Positions 9,116-21,998 are shown, numbered from the stretch's first letter. The stretch: 37,581 nt of DNA from Octopus sinensis (GCF_006345805.1 NW_021835906.1:1-37581), one strand, 5' to 3'. The notes: generated by a model not told the origin, from the sequence alone. Program-made: numbers and translations.

Positions 9116-9378
9116 TTTACTCTTTTACTCTTTTTCTTGTTTCAGTCATTTGATTGTGGCCATGCTGGAGCACCGCCTTTAGTCGAACAAATCAACCCCA
9201 GGACTTATTCTTTATAAGCTTAGTATTTATTCTATCGGTCTCTTTTTGCCGAACCGCTAAATTACGGGTACGTAAACACACCAGCATCGGTTGTCAAGTG
9301 ATGTTGGGAGGACAAACACACACTAACACACACACGCACACACACACACACATATATATATATACGACAGGCTTCTTG
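9116..9378 (-). mobile_element. SINE family B, 3' half
   Basis: CTTTTACTC tail, GGCCATGCTGGAGCACCGCCTTTAGTCGA and an internal (CA)/(TA) tract. Confidence 0.85.
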
Positions 9379-10034
9379 TGATGTATTGTGAGGAAAGTCG
9401 AGGCTTACAAAGCTTGGTACTGTTGATTCCGCTCATCCACTTCCCGGACTGATTCTAATTAATCCCTGGTGGGATGAAAAGTATAATTGGCCTTGGTTGA
9501 ATTTGAACGCAGAGCGCAAAGTCAGAACATACATGCACAAAAACACATGCGCGCGCGCATATACACATACACACACACACTCACATACACATAAACACGT
9601 GCCTCACACATACACAAACTTAGACAAATTCATTTATACATATGTATGTATTTATATAATAAATGCGAATGTTAGTGTTTCAGTGTATCACACTTTTTCA
9701 ACTTTACTCCTAGAGGCCGTAGCCCAACATATCATACCATTTTGGAATCAGGCCAACTTCGTGAGTAAATTGAAAGCATTCTGGTACGAATCAGGACTCG
9801 CAATCCTGAATTTTTGGATTCCCAAGTTTTCATTACTGCGATTGTTTTCGGCGATTTTTTACATGATTTTTTTTTTGTGACGAATTATTGTACAACTTTT
9901 ATAAATTTTGGGAAATAAATTTTGGGAATATTCGAAATTAATTGCGAAGTCCAGCGATTATTTTCGGCGATTTTTTTACGTGATTTTTTTGCGACGAATT
10001 TGATCATTATTGGGATATGACTCTAGAGGAAGCA

Positions 10035-10142
10035 ATTGCAACAAATTCTCGAAAATAAGTCAGAGATATGTCTGCAGATCTTCCCGACTCTGAATGGGAA
10101 GATCTGCAGACATATCTCTGACATATTTTCGAGAATTTGTTG

Positions 10143-10146
<4 letters not shown>
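10035..10146. repeat. near-perfect 112-bp palindrome
   Basis: 51-bp arms (10035-10085 and 10096-10146) with a single mismatch and a 10-nt loop, GACTCTGAAT. Confidence 0.95.
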
Positions 10147-10188
<42 letters not shown>

Positions 10189-10189
10189 T

Positions 10190-10228
<39 letters not shown>
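10146..10228. repeat. (TA)n microsatellite
   Basis: Read directly from the sequence. Confidence 0.95.
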
Positions 10229-10231
<3 letters not shown>

Positions 10232-10316
10232 AAATACACAGTTATATCTTGAGATAGCTAGTAATAACAATACTCAAAATATAATACAGACTGGAGTTGC
10301 AGTGCTCCAAATCAGC

Positions 10317-10909
10317 TATATTCTACTTCTTAATTTGAACGGAGGCAATGCGAGCAGGAACTAAAGGAAAATTACTAAGATCCACACACAAAGAATGTCT
10401 TAATATTTTCGCAGATGGCTGGTATGTAATTGTACATTAGTTTCCATGCATTGTGTGTAAAAAAAACAGCCTGATGAGGGGAGTGTCAGTTTCGAAAATA
10501 TGAAATGTATCAAATTAATTAGCGCGTCTCCGAAACGGAGATGAAAAATTTTGCAATTTTTGTATTTTTGTATTTTTTCTGGAATTTTAATACGTCATTT
10601 TAATATATCCTTTTTATGTTTTATTATCCCAAATTTTTAACTTACCAATATTTTATAACTTTGAGCGTAAATTTAGTGTGTTTTGTATGTAACACTGATT
10701 CTTATAAACTCTTTTACTCTTTTACTTGTTTCAGTCATTTGACTGCGGCCATGCTGGAGCACCGCCTTTAGTCGAGCAAATCGACCCCGGGACTTATTCT
10801 TTGTAAGCCCAGTACTTATTCTATCGGTCTCTTTTGCCGAACCGCTAAGTGACGGGGACGTAAACACCCCAGCAATGCTAAGGGGACAAACACACACACA
10901 CAAACACAC

Positions 10910-10982
<73 letters not shown>

Positions 10983-11374
10983 ATATATACGACAGGCTTC
11001 TTTCAGTTTCCGTCTACCAAATCCACTCACAAGGCATTGGTCGGCCCGGGGCTATAGCAGAAGACACTTGCCCAAGATGCCACGCAGTGGGACTGAACAC
11101 GGAACCATGTGGTTGGTTAGCAAGCTACTTACCACACAGCCACTCCTATAATATAATATATATATCATATAATATATATATTTATATATATTATATGATT
11201 TTTGTCTATTTATATATATTATTATATTTATATATGTTGGATTTTATATCCGTTCTGTTGATACAAATGAATATATCAATATATGTATGTATTTGATCTT
11301 TGTGTGTGGATCTTAGTAATGTTCCATTAGTTCCTGCTCGCATTGCCTCCGCTCAAATTAAGAAGTGGAATATA
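10317..11374. mobile_element. TIR-bounded non-autonomous DNA element with a nested SINE
   Basis: 78-bp inverted repeats at 10317-10394 and 11297-11374 with 4 mismatches. The outer ends read TATA. Confidence 0.7.
10707..11146 (-). mobile_element. SINE family B, near full length
   Basis: Head GGAGTGGCTGTGTGGTAAGTAGC (A-box-like) and GTTCAGTCCC (B-box-like), internal (TA)(TG) tract, AAGTAAAAGAGT tail. Confidence 0.9.
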
Positions 11375-11655
11375 TATACAAGAGTTTCGGAATAGAGTAG
11401 GTTAGATCCGGGCTACATATATTTCATAACGAGCGGAGCCTTAGATGTGGTAAAAATCCATGCCTGGTGGATATAAAAATCCACAACCTCCTGTCTCAAT
11501 AAACCACTATTGCCGTCTGAAAGTTGTTTTTCTTTTTATATTTCCTACGTATTGATTGAAGCTAACTTTCTTACTTTACCTCGGCCCCTGGACCTTACAT
11601 TATATATATATAATATATATATATATAATATATATATATATATTATATATATATT

Positions 11656-12107
11656 CATCCATCATTCATCCATCCATCCATCCATACATGCATGCATGCA
11701 TCCATCATACATACATGCATACATACATACATACATACATACATACATACATACATACATCCATCCATCCATCCATACATGCATGCATCCATCCATCCAT
11801 ACATACATGTATACATACATACATACATACATACATACATACATACATACATACATACATCCATACATCCATCCATACATACATACATCCATACATACAT
11901 CCATCCATCCATCCATACATGCATGCATCCATCCATCCATACATACATGTATACATACATACAAACATACATACATACATACATACATACATACATACAT
12001 ACATACATCCATACATCCATCCATACATACATACATCCATACATACATACATATATCCATACATACATCCATACATACATCCATGCATCCATACATGCAT
12101 GCATGCA

Positions 12108-12142
<35 letters not shown>

Positions 12143-14195
12143 CCATACATACATCCATGCATACATCCATACATACATACATCCATACATCCATCCATAC
12201 ATCCATCCATACATACATACATCCATCCATCCATCCATCCATACATACATACATACATACATACATACATACATACATACATGCATACATACATCCATAC
12301 ATACATCCATACATCCATACATCATACATACATACATACATACATACATACATACATACATCAACCATCCATCCACCTCCATACCATACATACATACATA
12401 CATACATCATACATACATACATGCAATACATACTCCATACATCCATACATCCATACATACATACATACATACATACATACATACATACATACATGCATAC
12501 ATACATCCATACATCCATAGATACATACATACATACATACATACATCCATCCATACATACATACATACATACATACATACATACATACATACATGCATAC
12601 ATACATCCATACATCCATACATACATACATACATACATACATACATACATGCATCCATACATACATACATACATACATGCATACATACATCCATACATCC
12701 ATACATACATACATCCATACATCAATACATACATACATACATACATGCATCCATCCATACATACATACATACATACATACATACATACATACATACATCC
12801 ATACATACATACATACATGCATACATACATACATGCATCCATACATACATACATACATACATACATACATACATACATACATCATGCATGCATACATACA
12901 TACATACATACATCATACATACATACATACATACTATATCATACATACATACATACATGCATACATCCATACATACAAACATGCATCCATACATACATAC
13001 ATACATACATACATACATACATGCATACATACATCCATACATCCATACATACATCCATACATACATACATACATGCATACATACATACATGCATCCATAC
13101 ATACATACATACATACATACATACATACATACATACATACATGCATACATACATACATACATACATACATACATACATACATACATGCATGCATACATAC
13201 ATACATACATACATACATACATACATACATACCTACATACATCCATACATACATGCATACAACTACATGCATCCATACATACAACATACATACATACATA
13301 CATACATACATACATACATGCATACATACATACATACATACAACATGATATATACATACATACATCATACATACATACATACATACATACATACATACAT
13401 ACATACATACATACATGCATACATACATACATGCATCCATACATACATACATACATACATACATACATACATACATACATGCATACAAATATACATACAT
13501 ACATACATACATACATGCATACATACATACATACATGCATACATACATACATACATCCATCCATACATACATACATCCATACATACATACATACATGCAT
13601 ACATACATACATACATCCATCCATACATACATACATACATACATACATACATACATACATGCATCCATACATACATACATACATCCATACATACATACAT
13701 ATATCCATACATACATACATACATCCATCCATACATACATACATACATACATCCATCCATACATACATACATACATACATACATCCATCCATACATACAT
13801 ACATCCATCCATCCATACATCCATGCATACATACATACATACATCCATCCATACATACATACATCCATACATACATCCATCCATACATACATACATACAT
13901 ACATCCATACATCCATACATACATACATCCATCCATACATACATACATACATACATCCATACATACATACATACATACATCCATACATACATACATACAT
14001 CCATCAATACATACATCCATATATACATACATACATACATATACATACATACATACATACACACACATACATACATACATACATACATACATACATGCAT
14101 ACATACATACATACATATACATACATACATACATATATACATACATACATACATATACATACATACATACATACATACATACATACATACACACA

Positions 14196-14227
<32 letters not shown>

Positions 14228-15834
14228 CATACATACATACATACATGCATACATACATCCGTACATACATACATACATATACATACATACATACATACAT
14301 ACATACATACATACATACACACATAAATACATACATACATACATACATACATACATACATACATCCATACATACATACATCCATACATACATACATACAT
14401 ACATCCATCCATACATACATACATCCATCCATACATACATACATACATACATCCATCCATACATACATACATCCATACATACATACATACATACATACAT
14501 CCATCCATACATACATCCATCCATCCATCCATACATACATACATACATACATACATACATACATCCATACATACATACATACATACATACATACATACAT
14601 CCATCCATACATACATACATACATACATACATACATCCATACATACATACATACATACATACATACATACATACATAAATGCATCCATCCATACATGCAT
14701 ACATCCATACATCCATCCATACATACATACATCCATACATACATACATACATACATACATACATACATACATCCATCCATACATACATCCATCCATACAT
14801 ACATACATACATACATCCATCCATACATGCATACATCCATACATCCATCCATACATACATACATCCATACATACATACATACATATATACATACATACAT
14901 ACATCCATACATACATACATACATACATCCATACATACATCCATCCATACATACATCCATCCATACATACATACATACATACATACATACATCCATACAT
15001 ACATCCATCCATACATACATACATACATACATCCATCCATACATACATCCATCCATACATACATACATACATACATCCATCCATACATACATCCATCCAT
15101 ACATACAACATACATACATACATACATCCATACATACATACATACAACATACATACATACATACATACATACATACATCCATACAATACATACATACATA
15201 CATCATACATACATACATACATACATACTAATACATCCATCCATACATGCATACATCCATACATCCATCCACATACATACATACATACATACATACATAC
15301 ATACATACATCCATACATACATACATCCATCCATACATACATCCATCCATACATCCATCCATCCATACATACATCCATACATACATACATCCATCCATCC
15401 ATCCATACATACATCCATCCATACATGCATACATCCATACATCCATCCATACATACATCCATCCATACATACATACATCCATACATACATACATCCATCC
15501 ATCCATCCATACATACATCCATCCATACATGCATACATGCATACATCCATCCATACATACATCCATCCATACATACATACATCCATACATACATACATAC
15601 ATACATCCATCCATACATACATCCATCCATACATACATACATACATCCATCCATACATACATACATACATACATCCATCCATACATACATCCATCCATCC
15701 ATACATACACACATCCATACATCCATACATACATACATCCATCCATCCATCCATCCATCCATCCATACATACATACATACATACATACATACATACATAC
15801 ATACATACATACATACATACACACATACATACAT
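11656..15834. repeat. ~4.2-kb (CATA)n satellite with CATC and CATG variants
   Basis: Read directly from the sequence. It produces the HTYI and MYVC ORFs. Confidence 0.97.
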
Positions 15835-16182
15835 GCTTGTGTACATGTATGTGTATGCATGTTTTTATAAAACTATTCGAATGTGCATGAAAAGCCATCA
15901 ACCCTTAAAGACACGTTTCTAGCAAAAATGAATAAATAGGAAAATAGATAAATAAATGAATAAATAAATAAATGATCGCCAATTATTGATAGAAAGAGGA
16001 AAGTATGTTATCGATTATTTCCGTGTATGGAAATCTGGTTTTCCAGTGCAGTTCTTCTTATCGACGCCATTTAATGTGAGCTAACAGTTTCATATCCCAC
16101 AGGATTATTCGCGGACAGCTGCGGGAACATGGCAAAGTGTAGCGCTCATAGCGGAAGCATTTACAACAACAACAACAATAAA

Positions 16183-16274
16183 AATGATGATGATGATGAT
16201 GATGATGGTGGTTGTGGTGGTGATGATGATGGTGGTGGTGGTGGTGGTGGTGATGATGGTGGTGGTGGTGGTGG

Positions 16275-16308
<34 letters not shown>

Positions 16309-16454
16309 GGTGGTGGTGATGATGGTGGTGGTGGTGGTGGTGGTGGTGATGATGGTGGTGGTGGTGATGGTGGTGGTGGTGGTGGTGGTGGTGGTGATGA
16401 TGATGATGGTGATGGTGGTGGTGATGGTGGGTGCGGTGGTGGTGGTGGTGGTGG

Positions 16455-16484
<30 letters not shown>
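16183..16484. repeat. compound (GAT)n/(GGT)n microsatellite
   Basis: Read directly from the sequence. Confidence 0.95.
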
Positions 16485-16487
<3 letters not shown>

Positions 16488-16516
16488 CTTTATTAATAAT
16501 AATACTAATAATAATA

Positions 16517-16709
16517 TCTGGAAACTAGAAATACCTCACATTCTAGGTGTATTGCAAAAATCGGCATTACTTAGAACTGCATGCATATTGTGTAAAGTAT
16601 TCTGTCTGTCTGAGGTTTTTGTTGTGACTTGACAAACAGTACAAACCTCCGGTAGACACAATGTCTTCCACCAACATCACGATATTGGATAACGTGCGAT
16701 GCCTTAAAA

Positions 16710-16710
<1 letters not shown>
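16517..16710 (+). mobile_element. extreme 3' end of an R4/Dong-type retrotransposon in (AAT)n
   Basis: WKLEIPHILGVLQKSALLRTACILCKVF matches the LQKxxLLGTAxILRKxL C-terminus. AAT repeats on both sides. Confidence 0.7.
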
Positions 16711-16753
<43 letters not shown>

Positions 16754-16785
16754 CAACAACAACAGCAAGAACAATAATGATAATA

Positions 16786-17347
16786 AGAAAGATGCTCCGT
16801 TGCAGTACCAGGCAGTGGCTCTCATGGCTTCTGATCTTAACTGATTGGAATGGTTATCATGTACATTGTTTTGTCTTGGTATAAAAGATGGGTTACAGCA
16901 GATATTCTGCTCAATACCACAGATTTGCTTGTCAGTTGTTTGACCTTAACCAGTTGAGCATGTCCCTTAGTGGCTGACGATATGTGCATCTCTGATCACG
17001 AGCAGAAGTAGTGGGGGAGCATCATAGCCATGTGTTGAGAGGGATTCTTTGGGGTTTGAATAGTTCACCTCTGGAAACATGGGTGGTTCTTTCAACATCC
17101 TTAAACAACCCTTATTCAGGGACCGTTTGAGCGGGATGGGCTACTCGACCTGAAGAAAATTCTAACTGGCCCCTACCTGCACGGTCATGTGCTGTTTATC
17201 TTGATATGAGATCACCATGTCGCGCACATACGGTTGTGATGCATGTGCCTGGTGTACCTTTATCAGACGGGTAGTCATAATGGGTATATTGGGCTTCGTA
17301 TATTTTACCCCAGTGTCACTTTGATGGTATGAACTGCTCTCTCACTC
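16786..17347 (-). mobile_element. ~560-bp non-coding repeat X, copy 1, flanked by (AAT)n
   Basis: Collinear along its whole length with 17484-18048. No long ORF or tRNA head. Strand inferred from the (TTA)n-type end. Confidence 0.7.
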
Positions 17348-17385
<38 letters not shown>

Positions 17386-17413
17386 TAATAATAATATTAA
17401 TGATAATAATAAT

Positions 17414-17457
<44 letters not shown>

Positions 17458-17483
17458 CCACAGCAAGAACAATAATGATAATA

Positions 17484-18048
17484 AGAAAGATGCTTCGTTG
17501 CAGCACCAGGCAGTGGCTCTCATGGCTTCTGATCTTAACTGATTGGAAGTGTTATCATGTACATCGTTTTGTCTTGGTATAAAAGATGGGTTACAGCAGA
17601 TATTCTGCTCAATACCACAGATTTGCCTATCAGTTGTTTGACCTTAACCAGTTGAGCATTTCCCTTAGTGGCTGACGATATGTGCATCTCTGATCACGAA
17701 CAGAAGTAGTGGCGGGGGGGGGGGGCATCATAGCCATGTGTTGAGAGGGATTCTTTGGGGTTTGGATAATTCACCTTTGGAAACATGGGTGTTTCATTCA
17801 ACATCCTCAAACAACCCTTATTCAGGGACCTTTTGAGCGGGATGGATTACTCGACCAGAAGAAAATTCTAACTGGGCTCCACCTGCAAGGTCATGCGCTG
17901 TTTATCTTGATATGAGATCACAATATGGTGTACATATAGTTATGATGCATATGTCTGGTGTAACCTTATCAAACGGGTAGTCATGATGGGTATATTGGGC
18001 TTCGCATACTTTACCAATTGTCACTTTGATGACATGCATTGCTCTCTC
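17484..18048 (-). mobile_element. ~560-bp non-coding repeat X, copy 2
   Basis: Tandem diverged copy of 16786-17347, separated from it by (AAT)n(AAC)n. Confidence 0.7.
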
Positions 18049-18073
18049 AATAATAATAATAATAATAATAATG

Positions 18074-18136
<63 letters not shown>

Positions 18137-18550
18137 GCCCTGGGAATGATAGCGAAAGGGACTGATTGCTACCTAACTCAGATACCAGGAAACCCCAAAA
18201 TGGCAGAAATTCAAAAGATAGTGCTCATGGGAACTGCTCATATCCTACGCAAAATTCTCTCTATGTAATCCCAAGGTTTAAAACAAATTTTTTAAAAAAA
18301 TTTTTAAATTTTTAATTATTTTTTTAAATTTTATTCATTTTTTTAAAAATTTAATTTTATTATTTACAAATTTTTTAAAAATTTTTTATTTAATTTTATT
18401 TTTATGTATTAGACATTCACTAGTACAACACCAAAAAAAAAAAAAAACCCCAAATATATGGCACAGAACTTCCAACCTGTTGTCTCTTGAGGTCTCTGGG
18501 TGAGACTTGGAGCCAACTTGTACAGACATAAAGCAAAAGTCAAACATAGA
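18137..18550 (+). mobile_element. 3' end plus 3' UTR of an R4/Dong-type retrotransposon in (AAT)n
   Basis: ALGMIAKGTDCYLTQIPGNPKMAEIQKIVLMGTAHILRKILSM* followed by an AT-rich UTR. (AAT)n on both sides. Confidence 0.8.
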
Positions 18551-18580
18551 ATAATAATAATAATAATAACAAATAATAAT

Positions 18581-18981
18581 GATCCTTTCTACTGGAGGCA
18601 CAAGATTTCAAATTTGGTGGAAGGGGACTAGTCGATTACATCGACCCCAGTGTTTCACTGGCACTTAATTTATCGACCCCGAAAGGATGAAAGGTAAAAC
18701 TGACCCCAGCAGAATTTGAACTCAGAACGTAGCGGCAGACGAAATACCTATTTCTTTACTACCCACAAGGGGCTAAACACAGAGGGGACAAACATGGACA
18801 GACATAGGTATTAAGTCGATTACATCGACCCCAGTGCGTAACTGGTTCTTAATTTTATCGACCCCGAAAGGATGAAAGGCAAAGTCGACCACGGCGGAAT
18901 TTGAACTCAGAACGTAGCGGCAGACGAAATCGGCTACGCATTTCGCCTGGCGTGCTAACGTTTCTGCCAGCTCGCCGCCTT
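18581..18981 (-). mobile_element. SINE family A dimer
   Basis: Head GGCGGCGAGCTGGCAGAAACGTTAGCACGCC at 18981, two core units and an ATT tail. Confidence 0.88.
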
Positions 18982-18983
18982 AA

Positions 18984-19025
<42 letters not shown>

Positions 19026-19165
19026 AATACCCAGTTTATTAGCTTCAATGGTTCTGTCTGTATGTACTGGAAAGTCCGAAAGAATCGTTACATTTTCTCC
19101 CTCGGTTACAGACTCAGGGATTATACCACTTGTCAACAGCTTTGATTTTGTAAAGCCGATATATT
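19026..19165 (-). mobile_element. second short R4/Dong RLE fragment
   Basis: EGENVTILSDFPVHTDRTIEANKLGIV parallels EGKNVTILWDFPVNTDRTMLANRPDIV at 19380-19460. Confidence 0.75.
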
Positions 19166-19677
19166 AAGCGGTGTAGATATTGGCCAATTCTGTCATGTCT
19201 TGATTTATACTCACTCCTGCAATAACAGGAACAGCTCTCACTTTAAAATGTCACATCTTTTGTATTTCAATTTCCAGGTCCTTATATTTACTTAATTTGT
19301 CAAATACCTTTACAGATATATTTTTATCGGTAGGAACACTTACAACTATTAGTCAACAAGTATTTTCTTCCTTGTCTTTAATAACTATGTCTGGTCGATT
19401 AGCCAGCATCGTTCTGTCGGTGTTGACCGGGAAATCCCAGAGGATAGTGACATTTTTACCTTCAACGTCTAGCTCAGGATGATGTTCACACCATTAAGCA
19501 GGGGTACTGATTTTGTAGTGTTTACATATTTTCCAATGTCCTACCCTATCGTGGCGATTTTTGTATTCGTTTGGGGTCAACACAGGACATCCCGAGACGA
19601 GATGGTCTATTGCTTCGTCAAATGTGTCACCGAGTCTGCAATTAGAGTCAGAACCGTTTTGTATTATTATTATCATC

Positions 19678-20087
19678 AGGAGTGGCTATGTGGTAAGTAG
19701 CTTGTTTACGAACCACATGGTTCCGGGTTCAGTCCCACTGCGTGGCACCTTGGGCAAGTGTCTTCTACTATAGCCTCGGGCCGACCAAAGGCTTGTGAGT
19801 GGATTTGGTAAACGGAAACTGAAAGAAGCCCGTCGTATATATGTATATATATATATATGCGTGTGTGTCTGTGTTTGTGTGTCTGTGTTTGTCCCCCTAG
19901 CATTGCTTGACAACCGATGCTGGTGTGTTTATGTCTCCGTTACTTAGCGGTTCGGCAAAAGAGACCGATAGAATAAGTACTGGGCTTACAAAAGAATAAG
20001 TCCCGGGGTCGAGTTGCTCGATTAAAGGCGGTGCTCCAGCATGGCCGCAGTCAAATGACTGAAACAAGTAAAAGAGTAAAAGAGAGT
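19678..20087 (+). mobile_element. SINE family B, full length
   Basis: Head, internal (TA)(TG) tract and GTAAAAGA tail. Confidence 0.9.
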
Positions 20088-20485
20088 ATCATCATCATCA
20101 TCATCATCAGTAGTAGTAGTAGTTGTAGTAGTAGTAGTAGTAGTAGTATGTGTTTTTCTTCAATCTCGTTTCCATTTCTTACTGCGTGTCTTCCCGACAC
20201 CTAGGGCTAACTCACTGTATATTGGCCATTAAAATAAACACTTCAGATTGTTCATTTACAAAATTAAAGTTATTTAAAAATTATTATTATTATTATTATT
20301 ATTATTATTTGTGCCCCGTTCCCTCAAAATTGTTACTTCAGTTTCTGTTTATATTTGTTGTTTTCTTTGAAGAATGGAAACAGTGTTGTTGTTGTTGTTG
20401 TTGTTGTTGTTGCTGTTGTTGTTGTTGTTGTTGTTGTTGTTCTTCTTCTTCTTCTTCTTCTTCTTCTTCTTCTTCTTCTTCTTCT
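20088..20485. repeat. cluster of trinucleotide arrays (ATC, AGT, ATT, GTT, CTT)
   Basis: Read directly from the sequence; interspersed with short unique sequence. Confidence 0.9.
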
Positions 20486-21034
20486 CTTCGTGATGGTGGT
20501 GTTAGTGTTGTTATTTCTGGTGGTGTTCCGTAGTCAGAGTAGATATAATAGGTTTTTATTGTAGAAGTTCCCCCCACCCTGCTCCACTCTGTGCATTTGT
20601 GGTAAGCACCATTTCTATGTCAGATTCGGGGCGGTGCATCCTTCTTTTCCTGTCTCGCCATGTCAATTAGTGTACAACCGACAGTATTATTGTTATAACT
20701 TAGTATCGCCTCGCCAACTTCTATATATTTTCCATTTTGCGTTGTTTCAAGTTTTAATTTACAACCGCTTAAAATTATTTCGTTTTCGTATTTGGTTTGC
20801 AAGATTCTTGGTGCAAATTCGTCTGTTGAAACAAATTTCGTTGCGTCTTGAGAGGGTCATTATGCCAATAATAACACATGCACAGCTTCAATTTCACTTC
20901 TTTATTATGAGTCAATCGTTTCATTCTTTCATTTCCTTCTTATGGCATACGCTGGGGAATTTATTTATTCCTAGATATTTTATAACTCTATAAACCTTCT
21001 CTCTATCTCTCTATCTCACCCTCCTTCTCTCTTT

Positions 21035-21049
21035 ATCTATCTACCTATT

Positions 21050-21116
<67 letters not shown>

Positions 21117-21140
21117 GTCTGTCTGTCTGTCTGTCTATCT
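21035..21140. repeat. (CTAT)n(CTGT)n microsatellite
   Basis: Read directly from the sequence. Confidence 0.92.
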
Positions 21141-21787
21141 AGCATGATGTTCTTTATTATTCTCTCTGTAGGGTTACCCTGGTAAATTTGTCTAATCCAT
21201 ATTTCATGTCAGTTTTTCTCGTACACCTTCGCCTAGTGACTCTAGCAGTACTTTTAATTGTTTATCATAAGCTCGTCTAGATATAAAACAATTCTTGACT
21301 GCCCACCCATAACATCTATATCCGAGTCGAGTCTGGTTTAACAAATTGCTTAAATATTTTATTCCCTCTTAGAAGAGACGGCATTTGTTCCTCTTTCGTT
21401 TCTTGAATAATTTATTCAAGGCATGCATCATTACTTGCTAATTATTGCTGCTGCCTTATTCAGGTCTGTTTCAATGATTCGCTTACATGGATCACTGCCA
21501 AAACGTTGTTTGAAAATTAATTCTTGCCATCCTGGGCACTTCTCTCTTCTTAAGGCTTTGTTTATGCAATTGCAAAACACATCACATTACCCTTTTGTTC
21601 TTCTGGAAATGGTTTTATATTTTCTTCAGGAAATTATTTGTTAGCTATAACTCTACTCTTTATTCTTTTACTTGTTTCAGTCATTTTTACTTGTTTCAGT
21701 GTATTATTACAATACACTTTATATCATTATTACAACGACTATTATTGATATTCACCCGATTTCCATGTGTATTTATATTATGACAAC

Positions 21788-21998
21788 TACTCTTTACTCT
21801 TTTACTCTTTTTACTTGTTTCAGTCATTTGACTGCGGCCATGCTGGAGCACCGCCTTTAGTCGAGCACATCGACCCCGGGACTTATTCTTTGTAAGCCCA
21901 GTACTTATTCTATCGGTCTCTTTTGCCGAACCGCTAAGTAACGGGGACGTAAACACACCAGCATCGGTTGTCAAGCAATGCTAATGGGACAAACACAG

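Larger units (their letters stand above)
19170..21650 (-). mobile_element. decayed R4/Dong-type LINE (RT, thumb, CCHC, RLE), split by SINE B and microsatellites
   Basis: Collinear motifs on the minus strand: LLNQTRLGY, LYLDEL (YMDD-like), DKQLKVLL, MKYGLDKF, KYLGI..HKKEMKE, MHRPESDIE, CRLGDTFDEAIDHLVSGC, RHDRVG, ANRPDIV, KYKDLEIEIQKM. The upper boundary is approximate. Confidence 0.7.

Noticed and set aside
10467-10545. CTGATGA...GAAAC hammerhead/Penelope-like motif
   Set aside because: A weak stem II is possible, but there is no NUH triplet or stem I partner downstream.
11510-15922. ORFs up to 1179 aa (HTYI and MYVC repeats)
   Set aside because: They are translations of a stop-free (CATA)n satellite with no coding signal. 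The same applies to the MYVC, YIYI, HTHT and poly-amino-acid ORFs elsewhere.
16129-16632. 167-aa Gly/Asp-rich ORF resembling a loricrin or cell-wall protein
   Set aside because: It is a (GAT)/(GGT) microsatellite fused in frame to a retrotransposon C-terminus.
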